Shown here: piece by piece, positions 36,369-45,969 of the stretch | Numbering within the stretch: the first letter of the stretch is position 1 | Layout of the letters: every line of letters starts with the position of its first letter | DNA from: a virus | IMG/VR virus record: IMGVR_UViG_3300025949_000001 | Coordinates: 51,996 to 115,995 of that record | DNA length: 64,000 nt | Direction: 5' to 3' (one strand) | Translations under genes and position numbers: made by a program | Notes under the pieces: generated by a model | What the model was told of the DNA's origin: nothing | The model's input: only the letters and a program-made list of their open reading frames with translations | Database searches by the model: none

Positions 36369-36599
36369 TTAGCCGCGCGCTTGGCTGGTCGTGGTTGGCG
36401 TTCCCCGCGTGATGTGGTGGATTACCCCGGACTGCACCTTGAGCCCCCAGCCGCCAGATACGTCCCAGAAGTAGGTCCAGCCGTCGATTTCCTCCGTGCC
36501 GGTCGCTGTGACCACTTCGGGGGTCTTGTCGGTAGTGAATGTGACCTCGTACCGGAATTCCTCGGCACGACCGCCTTTGACGTTCAGGCTGTCACGCAT
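36369..36599 (-). CDS. small hypothetical protein
   Basis: TAAGG upstream; beta-rich composition. Confidence 0.5.
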   Translation of the reverse strand: MRDSLNVKGGRAEEFRYEVTFTTDKTPEVVTATGTEEIDGWTYFWDVSGGWGLKVQSGVIHHITRGTPTTTSQARG

Positions 36600-36609
36600 G
36601 CTGGCCGCC

Positions 36610-36780
36610 TTACGTAATCGCGACATGGGAGACACTGAGCGCGAACGCCAGGGCGAACGCGGTGAGGCCGGCCGCGACGAACACGGCCCAGTACGTCTGG
36701 TGCGCTCGGGGCGTCTGGAGCGCTGCGGCCACGAACGCGACGGCGAACAACACGACGGCGGCCCACGCGGCGATCTTCAT
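36610..36780 (-). CDS. 56-aa two-TM membrane protein (not in ORF track)
   Basis: MKIAAWAAVVLFAVAFVAAALQ...AIT*. Confidence 0.55.
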   Translation of the reverse strand: MKIAAWAAVVLFAVAFVAAALQTPRAHQTYWAVFVAAGLTAFALAFALSVSHVAIT

Positions 36781-36781
36781 G

Positions 36782-37264
36782 TCAGGCGGCGGGCGTGTTC
36801 GGGGCCGCGGAGTCGCTCAGTGCGACCGACGCCGGGGTGTTGTCCACGATCGTGACCGTGTCCTCGGCCGCGATGCCGTTGCTGGTGGTCACCGTCACGG
36901 TCACGTCCCCGGCCGGCGCGTTCTCCAGGGTCGCCCACAGCGGGTTGGACGGGTCGGCGGTGACGGTGCCTGCGCTCGCGGACCACGTCACCTCGTCGGT
37001 GATCTGTACCTGCTCGGCGTTCTCGACGACGGCGGCGAAGTAGACGGGGACGCTGAGTGGGTAGCTGCTCATGGGCGGGCCTTCCGGGTATGTGCTGGCG
37101 GTCAGGGTGATGTGCGTCGGTTCGCTGCCGCACCGGTGCTCGCAGCAGCGGTCCCGGATCTTGTGTTCGAGGCGCTCGAAGTGGCGGCGCAGTTCGGTTT
37201 GCACATCCCCGGCCAGGTCGAGCAATGCGCGGATCTTGGCGAGCTCCCGCCGGACCGCGCTCAC
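36782..37264 (-). CDS. Ig-like domain protein
   Basis: VTWSASAGTVT..GDVTVTVT; possible internal start at MSSYP after GAAGG. Confidence 0.55.
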   Translation of the reverse strand: MSAVRRELAKIRALLDLAGDVQTELRRHFERLEHKIRDRCCEHRCGSEPTHITLTASTYPEGPPMSSYPLSVPVYFAAVVENAEQVQITDEVTWSASAGTVTADPSNPLWATLENAPAGDVTVTVTTSNGIAAEDTVTIVDNTPASVALSDSAAPNTPAA

Positions 37265-37521
37265 TTCGCGGGCGCTGCCGGGGCGCTGCCGGTGGCGCCG
37301 GAGACGATCGCGCCCGCATCGCGCCCGGCTTCGGTCAGCAGCGCCTTGCCGTCGGCGACCGCCTCGGAGCCCAGCTTCTCGGCGTCGGCGATGGCCTGTG
37401 TCTTGATCTGGTCCAGTTTGCCCGCGACGGTTTGGGCCTGCGCCGTGACGTTGGGATCGGTGTGCGTGAGCAGCTTCTCGATCTCGGCGATGGCCTCGTC
37501 CACGAGGGTCTTGAGCGACAT
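37261..37521 (-). CDS. small helical hypothetical protein
   Basis: GGGAG RBS. Confidence 0.6.
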   Translation of the reverse strand: MSLKTLVDEAIAEIEKLLTHTDPNVTAQAQTVAGKLDQIKTQAIADAEKLGSEAVADGKALLTEAGRDAGAIVSGATGSAPAAPAK

Positions 37522-37598
37522 GCGCACTCCCGATTAGTGAGGCGTTGTGACTATGTACGGATGGTACCTTAAGCGGTGGTCACGGCAGAGGGGTACGC

Positions 37599-38072
37599 AT
37601 GATCATCATTGCCTGGACGGGCACACCCGCCGAAGCGCCCGACCTGCGCCACATCCAAGGCGAGATCATGCGCGCCTGCCTCTCCCGGCCCGACCTCACC
37701 CTCTACGCGCCCGGGTTCCCCGTGAACGCCTCCGACCCTCTGTGGCGCCTCGGCGACCGGCTCGTGACCGATACCGCGCCCCGCCGCATCGACGTGCACC
37801 TCTTCCCCCTCGCCGCCGACGTGCGCGACGAACAGCCGCTGATCGACCGGACACTCGCCGCGATGGCCGCGCGCCAGGCGATCATCGCCACCGACCGCGA
37901 CCCGCTGCGCAGGCTGCTGTGGCCCAACCGCAACGGAATCCTGATCCCCGGCGAGCGGCTGCACGACTGGAACCGGGCAATCCTGCGCCTAGCCCGCGAA
38001 GCCGACGAGCGTGCGCGCATGGGCCGCAACGCCGGCAACACGGCCCGCGCGATCGAGAAGGCCGACGCCTAA
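37599..38072 (+). CDS. hypothetical protein
   Basis: GAGGGG RBS; first gene of inverted cassette. Confidence 0.6.
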   Translation: MIIIAWTGTPAEAPDLRHIQGEIMRACLSRPDLTLYAPGFPVNASDPLWRLGDRLVTDTAPRRIDVHLFPLAADVRDEQPLIDRTLAAMAARQAIIATDRDPLRRLLWPNRNGILIPGERLHDWNRAILRLAREADERARMGRNAGNTARAIEKADA

Positions 38073-38434
38073 TGGCGGGCGAGGCGCCGGTGCAGGCGGA
38101 CGCGCGGCGCGTGATCGACTGGTACCGCGAGCGGCTGGCGGCTGAACAACACAATCTGGCTTTTGCAACCTGCGCGCTCGCAGCCGAACAGGAACAGGTA
38201 GCCGGGCTGCGCGGAGACCTGGCTGAGATGCGCGTCGCACTCAACGAGCTACAGGACGCCGTGAGCAGGGCGTCCAGCGAGGCGCACTGGCTGCGGCCGG
38301 AGCACCCAGACTTCCCCGCGTGGGTGTCGCAGCATTGGGACGAGATCCAGGACGCGCGCCTGGCGCACATGGTCGAGCAGGCACATCCGGTAGCGGCGGT
38401 CGCGGCGCGCCCCGTGGTCCGGGAGCAGCCGTGA
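38072..38434 (+). CDS. coiled-coil hypothetical protein
   Basis: TAATG coupling. Confidence 0.55.
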   Translation: MAGEAPVQADARRVIDWYRERLAAEQHNLAFATCALAAEQEQVAGLRGDLAEMRVALNELQDAVSRASSEAHWLRPEHPDFPAWVSQHWDEIQDARLAHMVEQAHPVAAVAARPVVREQP

Positions 38435-38751
38435 GCACGCCCGGCCGCGCCGAGCCGCCGAACACCTGGCCGGGCAACGAGACCGTGTTCGCCATCGGCT
38501 CCGACGAGTACGCCGACTGGGAGACCGAGCGCGGCACCGGCCGACGCATCGGCCTGCACACCTGGCACTGGGACTCGCAGCGCGGGCAGTGGTGCGGCGG
38601 CTGGCTCGGGTTCACCAACGTCGAAGGTCATCTGCCGCGCAGCAAGCACGAGCTGGTCAGCGAGGATCCGCTGACGATTTCGCCGTCGCTGCTGTGCCCG
38701 ACCTGCCAGCATCACGGATTCATTCGAGAGGGACGATGGGTGGCGGTATGA
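38431..38751 (+). CDS. DUF6527-like protein
   Basis: PLTISPSLLCPTCQHHGFIREGRW C-terminus. Confidence 0.6.
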   Translation: MSTPGRAEPPNTWPGNETVFAIGSDEYADWETERGTGRRIGLHTWHWDSQRGQWCGGWLGFTNVEGHLPRSKHELVSEDPLTISPSLLCPTCQHHGFIREGRWVAV

Positions 38752-39200
38752 GCGAGGCCGAGGCCGTGCAGCACGAGCCGCCGCCGATGAGCCAGCAGGC
38801 ACCGTTCCCCCGCATCCTCGCGAGTCTCGTCGAGCGCCTGACGTACCGCAAAGGCTGGCTGTTCAGGCTGGCCGACATCGACCGGGGCCAGGGCAGCACC
38901 GGGCTGACGCTGATCATCACGACGCTGGGCGTGAACAGCTACCACCCGGAGCAGACCGGCTACCGCGTCAACCACTACATGATCGTCCCGGCCGCCGCGT
39001 ACGACGAACGCTCGTGGCGCCGCTGGCTGCTCGAGCAGGTGTCCCTGGTGGAACTACACGAAACGATGGAGTTCTTCCAGATCGACGACGACAAGCCCTT
39101 TGCCCCGTCCCACGGTTTCGGCCAGAACCCCTACCTCGCGCGGGAGCTGGGCACCGAGCAGGACCGGCGCATGTCCTTCCGTAACGAGGTCAACGAGTGA
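38748..39200 (+). CDS. hypothetical protein
   Basis: Coupled; VELHETMEFF...PFAPSH. Confidence 0.6.
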   Translation: MSEAEAVQHEPPPMSQQAPFPRILASLVERLTYRKGWLFRLADIDRGQGSTGLTLIITTLGVNSYHPEQTGYRVNHYMIVPAAAYDERSWRRWLLEQVSLVELHETMEFFQIDDDKPFAPSHGFGQNPYLARELGTEQDRRMSFRNEVNE

Positions 39201-39505
39201 GCCGACAACCGGCCGAGAGACCCACGCGCAGGCAACTGCTTGACCTTCCGCACGGCGAATCGATCAGGTGCGGCGAGATGAGCGCCTACCGTGCGCCGGT
39301 CGACCCGGGCGTCCGCAGGAAGCAGATCGACCCGCGCGAGGTGCACTTCTCCAAGCACTACCTCGAAGGCAAGCTCACCTGCACCATGGCGGACGAAATG
39401 ATCGAAGACGTGCTCCCCGATCCGTGGGCGCTCATCGAGCAGCGCCTGGACGCCGCCGCGCGCGACCGGAACGCCCACTACCGCGACGGGAGCCGCGTGC
39501 GATGA
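39197..39505 (+). CDS. hypothetical protein
   Basis: Coupled at both ends. Confidence 0.55.
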   Translation: MSRQPAERPTRRQLLDLPHGESIRCGEMSAYRAPVDPGVRRKQIDPREVHFSKHYLEGKLTCTMADEMIEDVLPDPWALIEQRLDAAARDRNAHYRDGSRVR

Positions 39506-40155
39506 CCACAGCCCGCGACCGCAACAACCACTACGTGCCCGACGGGCTGTCGCACGGCGGCAGGAACATCACGACGCTCGGCACGGGAGACGAACCCCTC
39601 CCACTGCGCCTCGGCCTCGCCGACGAACTGAATCGTGAACGCAACTGGTGGTGGGCGGATACCAGCGGAGACGGCGCGCACTGGTCCCGCTTCGACGGCC
39701 ATCATCACCAGGTGGACATCGGGTACCGGACCTGGAACCGGCGCGAGGTCAATGAGTGGAAGGGCCGCGACGAGATCCGCAAGGACGGCCGGTGGACGAT
39801 CGCGATCAACCGGGAGCAGGTGTGGGAGGGCTTCTGCCACGACGTGCTCGAAGATCTGCTGACGATCCGGCGCACCGTGCAGCGACTGCTCGATCATGAC
39901 GCGATCAACTGGAACGACGGACAGCGCGCCGCCGAACAACTACTCGGGCGCAAGGTCTGGTATGAGCGCACGGCGGCCGTCGTGTCGAGCGTTTCCGTGC
40001 TGGATCAGGGCTGCGTGATGCTCAAACCGGAGGGCGTCGAGGCCTTCCCGTGCCTGCAGTCGCAACTCAACGACGCCGACCCGGACCTTGACGAGAACGA
40101 CGAGCTCAAGGTGGAGTTGTTGAGCCGCAGCGTCTGGTGGTGGCGCGAGCGGTGA
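39502..40155 (+). CDS. hypothetical protein
   Basis: Coupled; Trp-rich. Confidence 0.6.
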   Translation: MTTARDRNNHYVPDGLSHGGRNITTLGTGDEPLPLRLGLADELNRERNWWWADTSGDGAHWSRFDGHHHQVDIGYRTWNRREVNEWKGRDEIRKDGRWTIAINREQVWEGFCHDVLEDLLTIRRTVQRLLDHDAINWNDGQRAAEQLLGRKVWYERTAAVVSSVSVLDQGCVMLKPEGVEAFPCLQSQLNDADPDLDENDELKVELLSRSVWWWRER

Positions 40156-40457
40156 GCGAGAACACCGATCAGCCGGTCGAACGCGTCGGGCCCTGGGCAT
40201 TGACGCCCGAGCAGGCGCTCCCAGTGCCGCCGCTCACGGGCTATCCGCTGCCGGACGAGGCGTACACCGACGATCCGTCGCACATCGCGTGCCTGCTGCC
40301 CCCGGTCACATCGCATGCGGGCGCGCCGCTGCGACTGCTGCCGCTCGGTACGCGCTGGCGGTGCGGGGACTGCGGCACGGTACACGTGGTCGTCATGACG
40401 AGCCGTGGCCGCGACTGGAAGATCGAGTGCGCGCCGGGCGTCCGAGTAGGCCGCTGA
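40152..40457 (+). CDS. hypothetical Zn-ribbon protein
   Basis: HIAC..GTRWRCGDCG. Confidence 0.55.
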   Translation: MSENTDQPVERVGPWALTPEQALPVPPLTGYPLPDEAYTDDPSHIACLLPPVTSHAGAPLRLLPLGTRWRCGDCGTVHVVVMTSRGRDWKIECAPGVRVGR

Positions 40458-40459
40458 CG

Positions 40460-40702
40460 GTGGACAATTTAGCCGTGCTCGACCTTCCCGCGCCCACGGC
40501 GCACGCCTGCGGCTACCGTCCGCCGCGCCTGGGGGACCTGCTGCATGTGAGTCTCGACGACGGGGATGTGCACTCGGCGATGGTGCAATCCGTGTCCGAC
40601 GACGGCGATTCGCTGATCGTGCGCGGCCCGGCCGAACCGCTGCGACGCAAGGATCTGATTATGGTCATCCGGCGTGTCGGCGGCACAACAACCGAGGAAT
40701 AG
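40460..40702 (+). CDS. small hypothetical protein
   Basis: Operon position. Confidence 0.45.
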   Translation: MDNLAVLDLPAPTAHACGYRPPRLGDLLHVSLDDGDVHSAMVQSVSDDGDSLIVRGPAEPLRRKDLIMVIRRVGGTTTEE

Positions 40703-41170
40703 ATGCCCATGACCGCCTACGTCATCACCGATCTGCGCCGCGAACTGGAGAAAACCCGCATCGCCCTCGTGGCCGCGCGAACCCACCTCGCCGCGCACGC
40801 CGAAGCCAACGCCGCACTGCACATGGCCGCAACCGTCATGTACTCGCCGCTGCACGCCCACGTCACCGCCGCCATCGCGGGCGCCGAACAGGCACTGGAA
40901 CGCACCGCGCAGGCGCCGGAGCAGGCGCAGCGCGACGCCGCTCTGGTCGCGGTGCTCGCCGATCTGGACCGGTGCGCGCACGGGCGCCACGAGGGCGACG
41001 TATGCGCGGACTGCGGCGGCCCGTCGAGGGGCAACGACCACCTGCGGCCCGGAACGGTGATCGGCTACGACATCGGCGGCAGGCCGGTCGTGATGCCGGA
41101 CCGCGAGCACAAGCACGACCCGCAGGCGTGGCGCGCGGACGAGCGGGCGAAGCGTGCTGATCCTCAGTAG
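40703..41170 (+). CDS. hypothetical protein
   Basis: GAGGA RBS; DLDRCAHGRHEGDVCADC. Confidence 0.6.
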   Translation: MPMTAYVITDLRRELEKTRIALVAARTHLAAHAEANAALHMAATVMYSPLHAHVTAAIAGAEQALERTAQAPEQAQRDAALVAVLADLDRCAHGRHEGDVCADCGGPSRGNDHLRPGTVIGYDIGGRPVVMPDREHKHDPQAWRADERAKRADPQ

Positions 41171-41639
41171 CTCTCTGGTTGGCGAGATGATCGCGCATGC
41201 CCGCGAGCAGCACCCGGTCGAGGCCTGCGGCATCATCGCCGGACCGGCGGGCGGCGACCGACCGACGCGGCTGCTGCGCATGCGCAACGCCCTGGAGTCG
41301 GCCACCGCGTTCCAGTTCGACCCCACCGAGCAGATGGCCGCCTACCGGCAGATGGACGCGCGCGGCGAAGACCCGATCGTCATCTACCACTCGCACACCG
41401 CCAGCCCGCCGTACCCGTCCGGCACCGACACCCGCCTCGCGGCGGACCGCGACGCCTACTACGCGATCATCTCCACCGCCGACCCCGAACGGACCGAAGT
41501 GACCTTCTGGCGCCTAACCGGCCCGAACGCGTTCCCGTGGAGCCAAGACGATGTCATGGTCGATGATCCGCTACAGCACTGGCAGTGGCCAAGCGTCTCG
41601 GCGTACCTGGCATCCAGCCAGGCCCCGAGCGGCGCGTAG
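41154..41639 (+). CDS. JAB/MPN+ (M67) metallopeptidase
   Basis: EACG..IYHSHTASPPYPSGTD (E..HSH-x7-S-xx-D JAMM motif). Confidence 0.9.
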   Translation: MLILSSSLVGEMIAHAREQHPVEACGIIAGPAGGDRPTRLLRMRNALESATAFQFDPTEQMAAYRQMDARGEDPIVIYHSHTASPPYPSGTDTRLAADRDAYYAIISTADPERTEVTFWRLTGPNAFPWSQDDVMVDDPLQHWQWPSVSAYLASSQAPSGA

Positions 41640-41648
41640 CGGCTCCGG

Positions 41649-42476
41649 CTAGCCGAACACGAGGAACCAGCCGGCCACCGCGCTGCTCGCATACGCCGCG
41701 CCCCCGTTGTCCCAGTACGTGCTGAACCCGGCCGACGACAGCGACGACGCCGACTTGCACACCACCCCCGCCGGGCCCGTGCCCCCGTTGCGGCACACCA
41801 GCACCCCCGACGGGGTGAACCCCAGCGCCAGGCCGGACACCGCGAGATTGCCCGACCCGTCCGTCGTGCCCGAGAACGCGCCCATCCGCACGAACTTCGC
41901 CGCCGAACCCGACGCCGGGACCACGTCGTTCTGCAGCGCCGAACCCGTCACCAGCGCACCCCCGGACACCGCCGACCCGGACGCGGGCTGCTGCGCCGTC
42001 ACCCCCCACTGATCCCACACCAGGTTCGTCAGCGCCGCCGTCCCCACGTTCTGCGCCCAGCCCAGCGACCCGCGGGCCGCATTCGCCCCCGTTCCCCCGC
42101 CGTCCAGCAGCACCGACGCCGCCGACAGCTGCGCATCCGCCGACGAACGCGGCCCGGCCAGCACCATCTCCTCGAACGGCTGATTCGCCCCCGCAGTCAC
42201 CTCGCGGCTGTAGAGCTGCGGCGCGGACGCGCTCGACCCCTGCCCGTCGCTGAAAATCATCGCGGGGCTCGACGTGCCCGGGGAGGGCAGCGACGGATTC
42301 GGCGCGAGCGCGAGCGTGCCGTTCGCGCCCGTGACCGTCACCGACGGGAACGCCGCAGCGCCGCCGCTGCCCGTCCCGAGCGTGTTGGTGCGCTGCTCGA
42401 GCACCGTGATGCGCTCGCGCAGGTCCCGGATCGTCTTGGCCAGCTGCTGCTCCAGCGGCGTCGGATACCGGGTCAC
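41649..42476 (-). CDS. minor tail protein
   Basis: N-terminal coiled coil DLRERITVLEQR; last gene of tail operon. Confidence 0.7.
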   Translation of the reverse strand: MTRYPTPLEQQLAKTIRDLRERITVLEQRTNTLGTGSGGAAAFPSVTVTGANGTLALAPNPSLPSPGTSSPAMIFSDGQGSSASAPQLYSREVTAGANQPFEEMVLAGPRSSADAQLSAASVLLDGGGTGANAARGSLGWAQNVGTAALTNLVWDQWGVTAQQPASGSAVSGGALVTGSALQNDVVPASGSAAKFVRMGAFSGTTDGSGNLAVSGLALGFTPSGVLVCRNGGTGPAGVVCKSASSLSSAGFSTYWDNGGAAYASSAVAGWFLVFG

Positions 42477-43606
42477 GCCGCCACATCCCCCACCGTCAGC
42501 GTGATCTTCCCGTCCTGGCCCTGGTCCGGGGGCGTGACCTGCCAGCCGATGATCCGCACCAGCGCCTGCAAGCCCGGGGAGCCGTCCGCCCTGGCCGGGT
42601 GCCGCTCGCTGGTCGCCGCCAGCGCCGCCTGATCCCCCAAACCCAGCGCCTTGATCGCCGGGGCGGAGGGCGCGGAGGCGTCGATCACGATCGGCGGCAC
42701 GCACGGGCTGTGCCCCGTCACCCCCAGATGTCCGTCCGCGTAGGCGTCGATCTGCGCCTGCGACATGATCGCCGCCCCGTTGTACTGCACCGCGCTCTCC
42801 AACAGCGGATATCCCGCCGCCAGGTCCGCCTCGTCCACGCCGTGGCCCGCGCCATACCCGGAGGTCCATGTCCCCGCGCCGGACGTCGGCGCGGTGGCGA
42901 TCACGAAGTTCGCGCCTTGGCTCCCCATCCGCGGCCAGCCGTAGTCCACCAGATTCCCCGGGTACTGCAGGCGCAGCCCCGTGTTCTGGTACGGCTGCCC
43001 CAGGCTCGCCCCCACGCGCGCGACGATCGCCAGGCCCCCGGATCCGTCGAGCACCGGTTCGAACGTCGCCTCGAAATCCCCCGCGGTCTCCAAGTCGCTC
43101 AATGCGCCCGCCACGTCCTTCAAATCCCCGGCAGCATAGGAGGTGGTCAGCGTCGCACCGATCTGGGTGTCCTGCGGCGAGAGGCCGGCGACCGCCGCCT
43201 GCGGGCCCTTGAGCACCGGGTCGGTGGCGTAGCGAAGCAGCGCGCGCCACACGTCGCAGTAGTCCAGGTTCCGGTACGAGAGGTTGTCGCGGATGCGGCG
43301 GCGCGCGAACAGCGATTCGAGGGTCTTGGCCTGGATCTGGTACTGCTTGGGCAGGATCGAGGCGGTCGGCTCGTCCCACAGCACCCCCACCCACACCGGG
43401 TAGCCGTCCTCAAGCACCCACAGCAGCGTGCGCCGCGTCTCCAACGCCGGCAGCAGCCTCGCGGTGGCCGCAGTCAGGTCCATATACCCGGCCAGCGGCG
43501 TCTCCTGCCCGATCTGCCGCGCGAAGCCCTGCACGTGCAGCGGCAGTTCGTCCGCGAGCAGCCGCCCGGTGACCACGTCGGTGCTGACATACCGGTATTC
43601 GGTCAC
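42473..43606 (-). CDS. minor tail (Tal/hub-like) protein
   Basis: YRY..DVVTGRLLADELP..PVWVG.LW; position after Dit. Confidence 0.75.
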   Translation of the reverse strand: MTEYRYVSTDVVTGRLLADELPLHVQGFARQIGQETPLAGYMDLTAATARLLPALETRRTLLWVLEDGYPVWVGVLWDEPTASILPKQYQIQAKTLESLFARRRIRDNLSYRNLDYCDVWRALLRYATDPVLKGPQAAVAGLSPQDTQIGATLTTSYAAGDLKDVAGALSDLETAGDFEATFEPVLDGSGGLAIVARVGASLGQPYQNTGLRLQYPGNLVDYGWPRMGSQGANFVIATAPTSGAGTWTSGYGAGHGVDEADLAAGYPLLESAVQYNGAAIMSQAQIDAYADGHLGVTGHSPCVPPIVIDASAPSAPAIKALGLGDQAALAATSERHPARADGSPGLQALVRIIGWQVTPPDQGQDGKITLTVGDVAA

Positions 43607-43613
43607 GTTCGGC

Positions 43614-44684
43614 TCACAGCGGCGCCGGCTCGGCGATCAGGTCGATCGGCTGGCCGGAGTCGGCGTACATCTCGAAAGATTTGGCGGCGGAGAAGTTCAG
43701 CATGTACAGCGCGTAGGTGTGCGTGCCCGCCGGGGGTGTCTCCACGGCCTCGATCGCGTGCCCGTCCATGTTCACGTTCGCGCTCTGCGCCCGGAACTGC
43801 AGCAGCGACTTGATCTGCGTGGAGTCGCGCCACAGCAGCATCATCACCTCGTCGCCCACGCTCGCGCTCAGCGCGGCGATGTACGGCCACGACGCGTTCA
43901 CCTTCACCTGCGTCGCGCCGTCGACGGTCACGGTCACGCTCGCCACCAGTTGCTTGACCGTGTTCGACGTGCACGTGACCGGGCTGGTGACTTTCGCGGA
44001 CACCGCGGCGAACGGGGCGACCTGCGGCGGCACGGTGCCGCCGGAGCCGTTCAGGCGCCGCAGCCGGTGCGTTGAGTCGTCGTGCAGGTACTGGCTCTCG
44101 GGCCCGGAGCCCGGGTATTGCGCGGGGGATGCGCAGCGCAGGATCCCGCCGAGGGCGGCGGTGAACAGCCGCTGGTCGGTGATGTTGCCGCCGGTGATGG
44201 ATGTGGCCCCGGCGTTGACCTGGATCGTGGCCAGCAGCAGCGAGTTGCCCGGCAGCGCCGGCGCGGCAGGGCTCGAGGCGGGGGTGCCGGCCTGGATCTG
44301 CACAACGAACGTGGAGGTGTTGTTGCCGTTGTCCACGACCGTGAGGCACACGTTGTCGATGCGGGGGCTGGACGGGTCGGCCGCGGTGACGGTCAGGGTG
44401 GTGACGGTGTCCAGGACCAGCGCCCACAGCCCGGAGTCCAGCGCCGCGCTGCCCTGCACGAACGCGACACCGTTGTTGACGGTGATGTTCATGCCGCTGG
44501 AGGCCGAAACCAGCAGCGGTGAGCCGACGCCCGGCCGCACGCCGGGGCGTGCGGCGATGCCGGTGGTGCCGGAGGAACCGGCCGACGCCAGCAGCCCGCC
44601 GACGGTGGCGAGGCGGGCGTCCTGGCTGGCGAAGGTGACGCCGTCGAGCCACGGCGGCTGGCGCAGGGTCGCGGACGTGGCCAT
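43614..44684 (-). CDS. minor tail protein
   Basis: LTVTAADPSSPRID..GTPASSP.APALP..LATI.V..NITDQR. Confidence 0.75.
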   Translation of the reverse strand: MATSATLRQPPWLDGVTFASQDARLATVGGLLASAGSSGTTGIAARPGVRPGVGSPLLVSASSGMNITVNNGVAFVQGSAALDSGLWALVLDTVTTLTVTAADPSSPRIDNVCLTVVDNGNNTSTFVVQIQAGTPASSPAAPALPGNSLLLATIQVNAGATSITGGNITDQRLFTAALGGILRCASPAQYPGSGPESQYLHDDSTHRLRRLNGSGGTVPPQVAPFAAVSAKVTSPVTCTSNTVKQLVASVTVTVDGATQVKVNASWPYIAALSASVGDEVMMLLWRDSTQIKSLLQFRAQSANVNMDGHAIEAVETPPAGTHTYALYMLNFSAAKSFEMYADSGQPIDLIAEPAPL

Positions 44685-44715
44685 CAGTACTCTCCGGTGA
44701 TCGGGTAAGTGGTCA

Positions 44716-45969
44716 TCAGATGTAGGCGTCCCTCCATTGCACGGTCATGCCGGAGCCGGAGGACGCGATGCCGCCGAGGCGGACCGTGAAGGCGCCGGGG
44801 GGCAGCACCCACCAGGCGGAGGAGATGTCGGCGGGTTGCAGCGCCCCGTTGAGAGTGGCCTGGCGCTGGTCGAAGTCGACGATCAGCTGCTGCCCTGCGG
44901 CGAGGGCCACACCGGTGAACGAGACAACTTGGCCGGTGTCGAGCAGGGTGAGCGAGGGGTTCTGGATGGGGCCGTTGATCTGCACGACGGGGCGGGTTTC
45001 GAAGTTGCCGCCGTTGGTGGCGCCGACTACGGCGGGCAGCCCGTTGGCGGGCATCGCGACGGGCGGGGTCAGCGGCGGGGTGACGCCATTGAGGGTGACG
45101 GCGGCCTGCACGGTGGCCGATTGCAGGGCGGCGGCGTAGCGGCGCGGGTCGGGGGCGACCAGGCCGATGGTGAAGACGACCTCCCCGAGGTTGGGGTAGG
45201 TCTCGGCGATCGGCCCGGAGCGGCGCACCAGGGATTGTTTGGGCACGGGTTCGTCGAAGACGTAGGTGGCCATGTCTCCGGCCGCGCCGCCGACGACGAC
45301 GGCGCGCTGCAGTTTCGCCCGCGCCGCGTCGCGCAAAGCCTGGGTGGGTGCGGTGGCGTGGCAGGTCAGGGTGTAGAGGGCGGGAGCGTAGAACTGGGGG
45401 ACGGCGTAGCCGCCGTGGTCACTGGAGCGCTGCACGACCTGCCCGGAGGTGCCCGCGCCGCCCACCCCGGCCAGCGAGTCGCGCACCCATGCGACCCCGG
45501 CGGTGCCCGGGTCGGTGTCGATCGCGCCGAACTGGATCACGGTGCCGTCCGGGGCGGTGATGGAGTCACGCCAGGGCCCGACGTCCACGGGCGCCGCCGC
45601 GGCGCGGCCGAGCCCGTAGGCGCCGGTGACATCGAAGTTCTCGGTGGCGCCGATCAGGTCGCCGCCAAAAGTGATCGCCCAGTTGGCGACGTACACCCCG
45701 GAGTCGATGGCGTAGGGCACGGGCCAGTCGAGCTGGTAGATCCCGGTGGTGACCCGCCACACCTGCCCCGCAGTGGCGGCGGGGGCGCCCTGGTAGGTGA
45801 ACGGCCCGCCGCCGGCCACGTCGTGGCTGGAGTCCCCGGGCGCGGATGTGGCGGAGCCGTAGGTGATGTCGGCCTGGACGGCGGCCGGGTCGGTCAGGAT
45901 CCCGGTGTCGTCGTTGTAGAACCACAGTTGCAGGCTGGCGGTGGCTCCGGCGCGGTAGGCGTTGGTCAT
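44716..45969 (-). CDS. distal tail (Dit) protein with N-terminal Ig-like extension
   Basis: LVAPDPRRY..NGGNFETRPVVQINGP..WWVLPPG..WRDAY; follows tape measure. Confidence 0.8.
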   Translation of the reverse strand: MTNAYRAGATASLQLWFYNDDTGILTDPAAVQADITYGSATSAPGDSSHDVAGGGPFTYQGAPAATAGQVWRVTTGIYQLDWPVPYAIDSGVYVANWAITFGGDLIGATENFDVTGAYGLGRAAAAPVDVGPWRDSITAPDGTVIQFGAIDTDPGTAGVAWVRDSLAGVGGAGTSGQVVQRSSDHGGYAVPQFYAPALYTLTCHATAPTQALRDAARAKLQRAVVVGGAAGDMATYVFDEPVPKQSLVRRSGPIAETYPNLGEVVFTIGLVAPDPRRYAAALQSATVQAAVTLNGVTPPLTPPVAMPANGLPAVVGATNGGNFETRPVVQINGPIQNPSLTLLDTGQVVSFTGVALAAGQQLIVDFDQRQATLNGALQPADISSAWWVLPPGAFTVRLGGIASSGSGMTVQWRDAYI

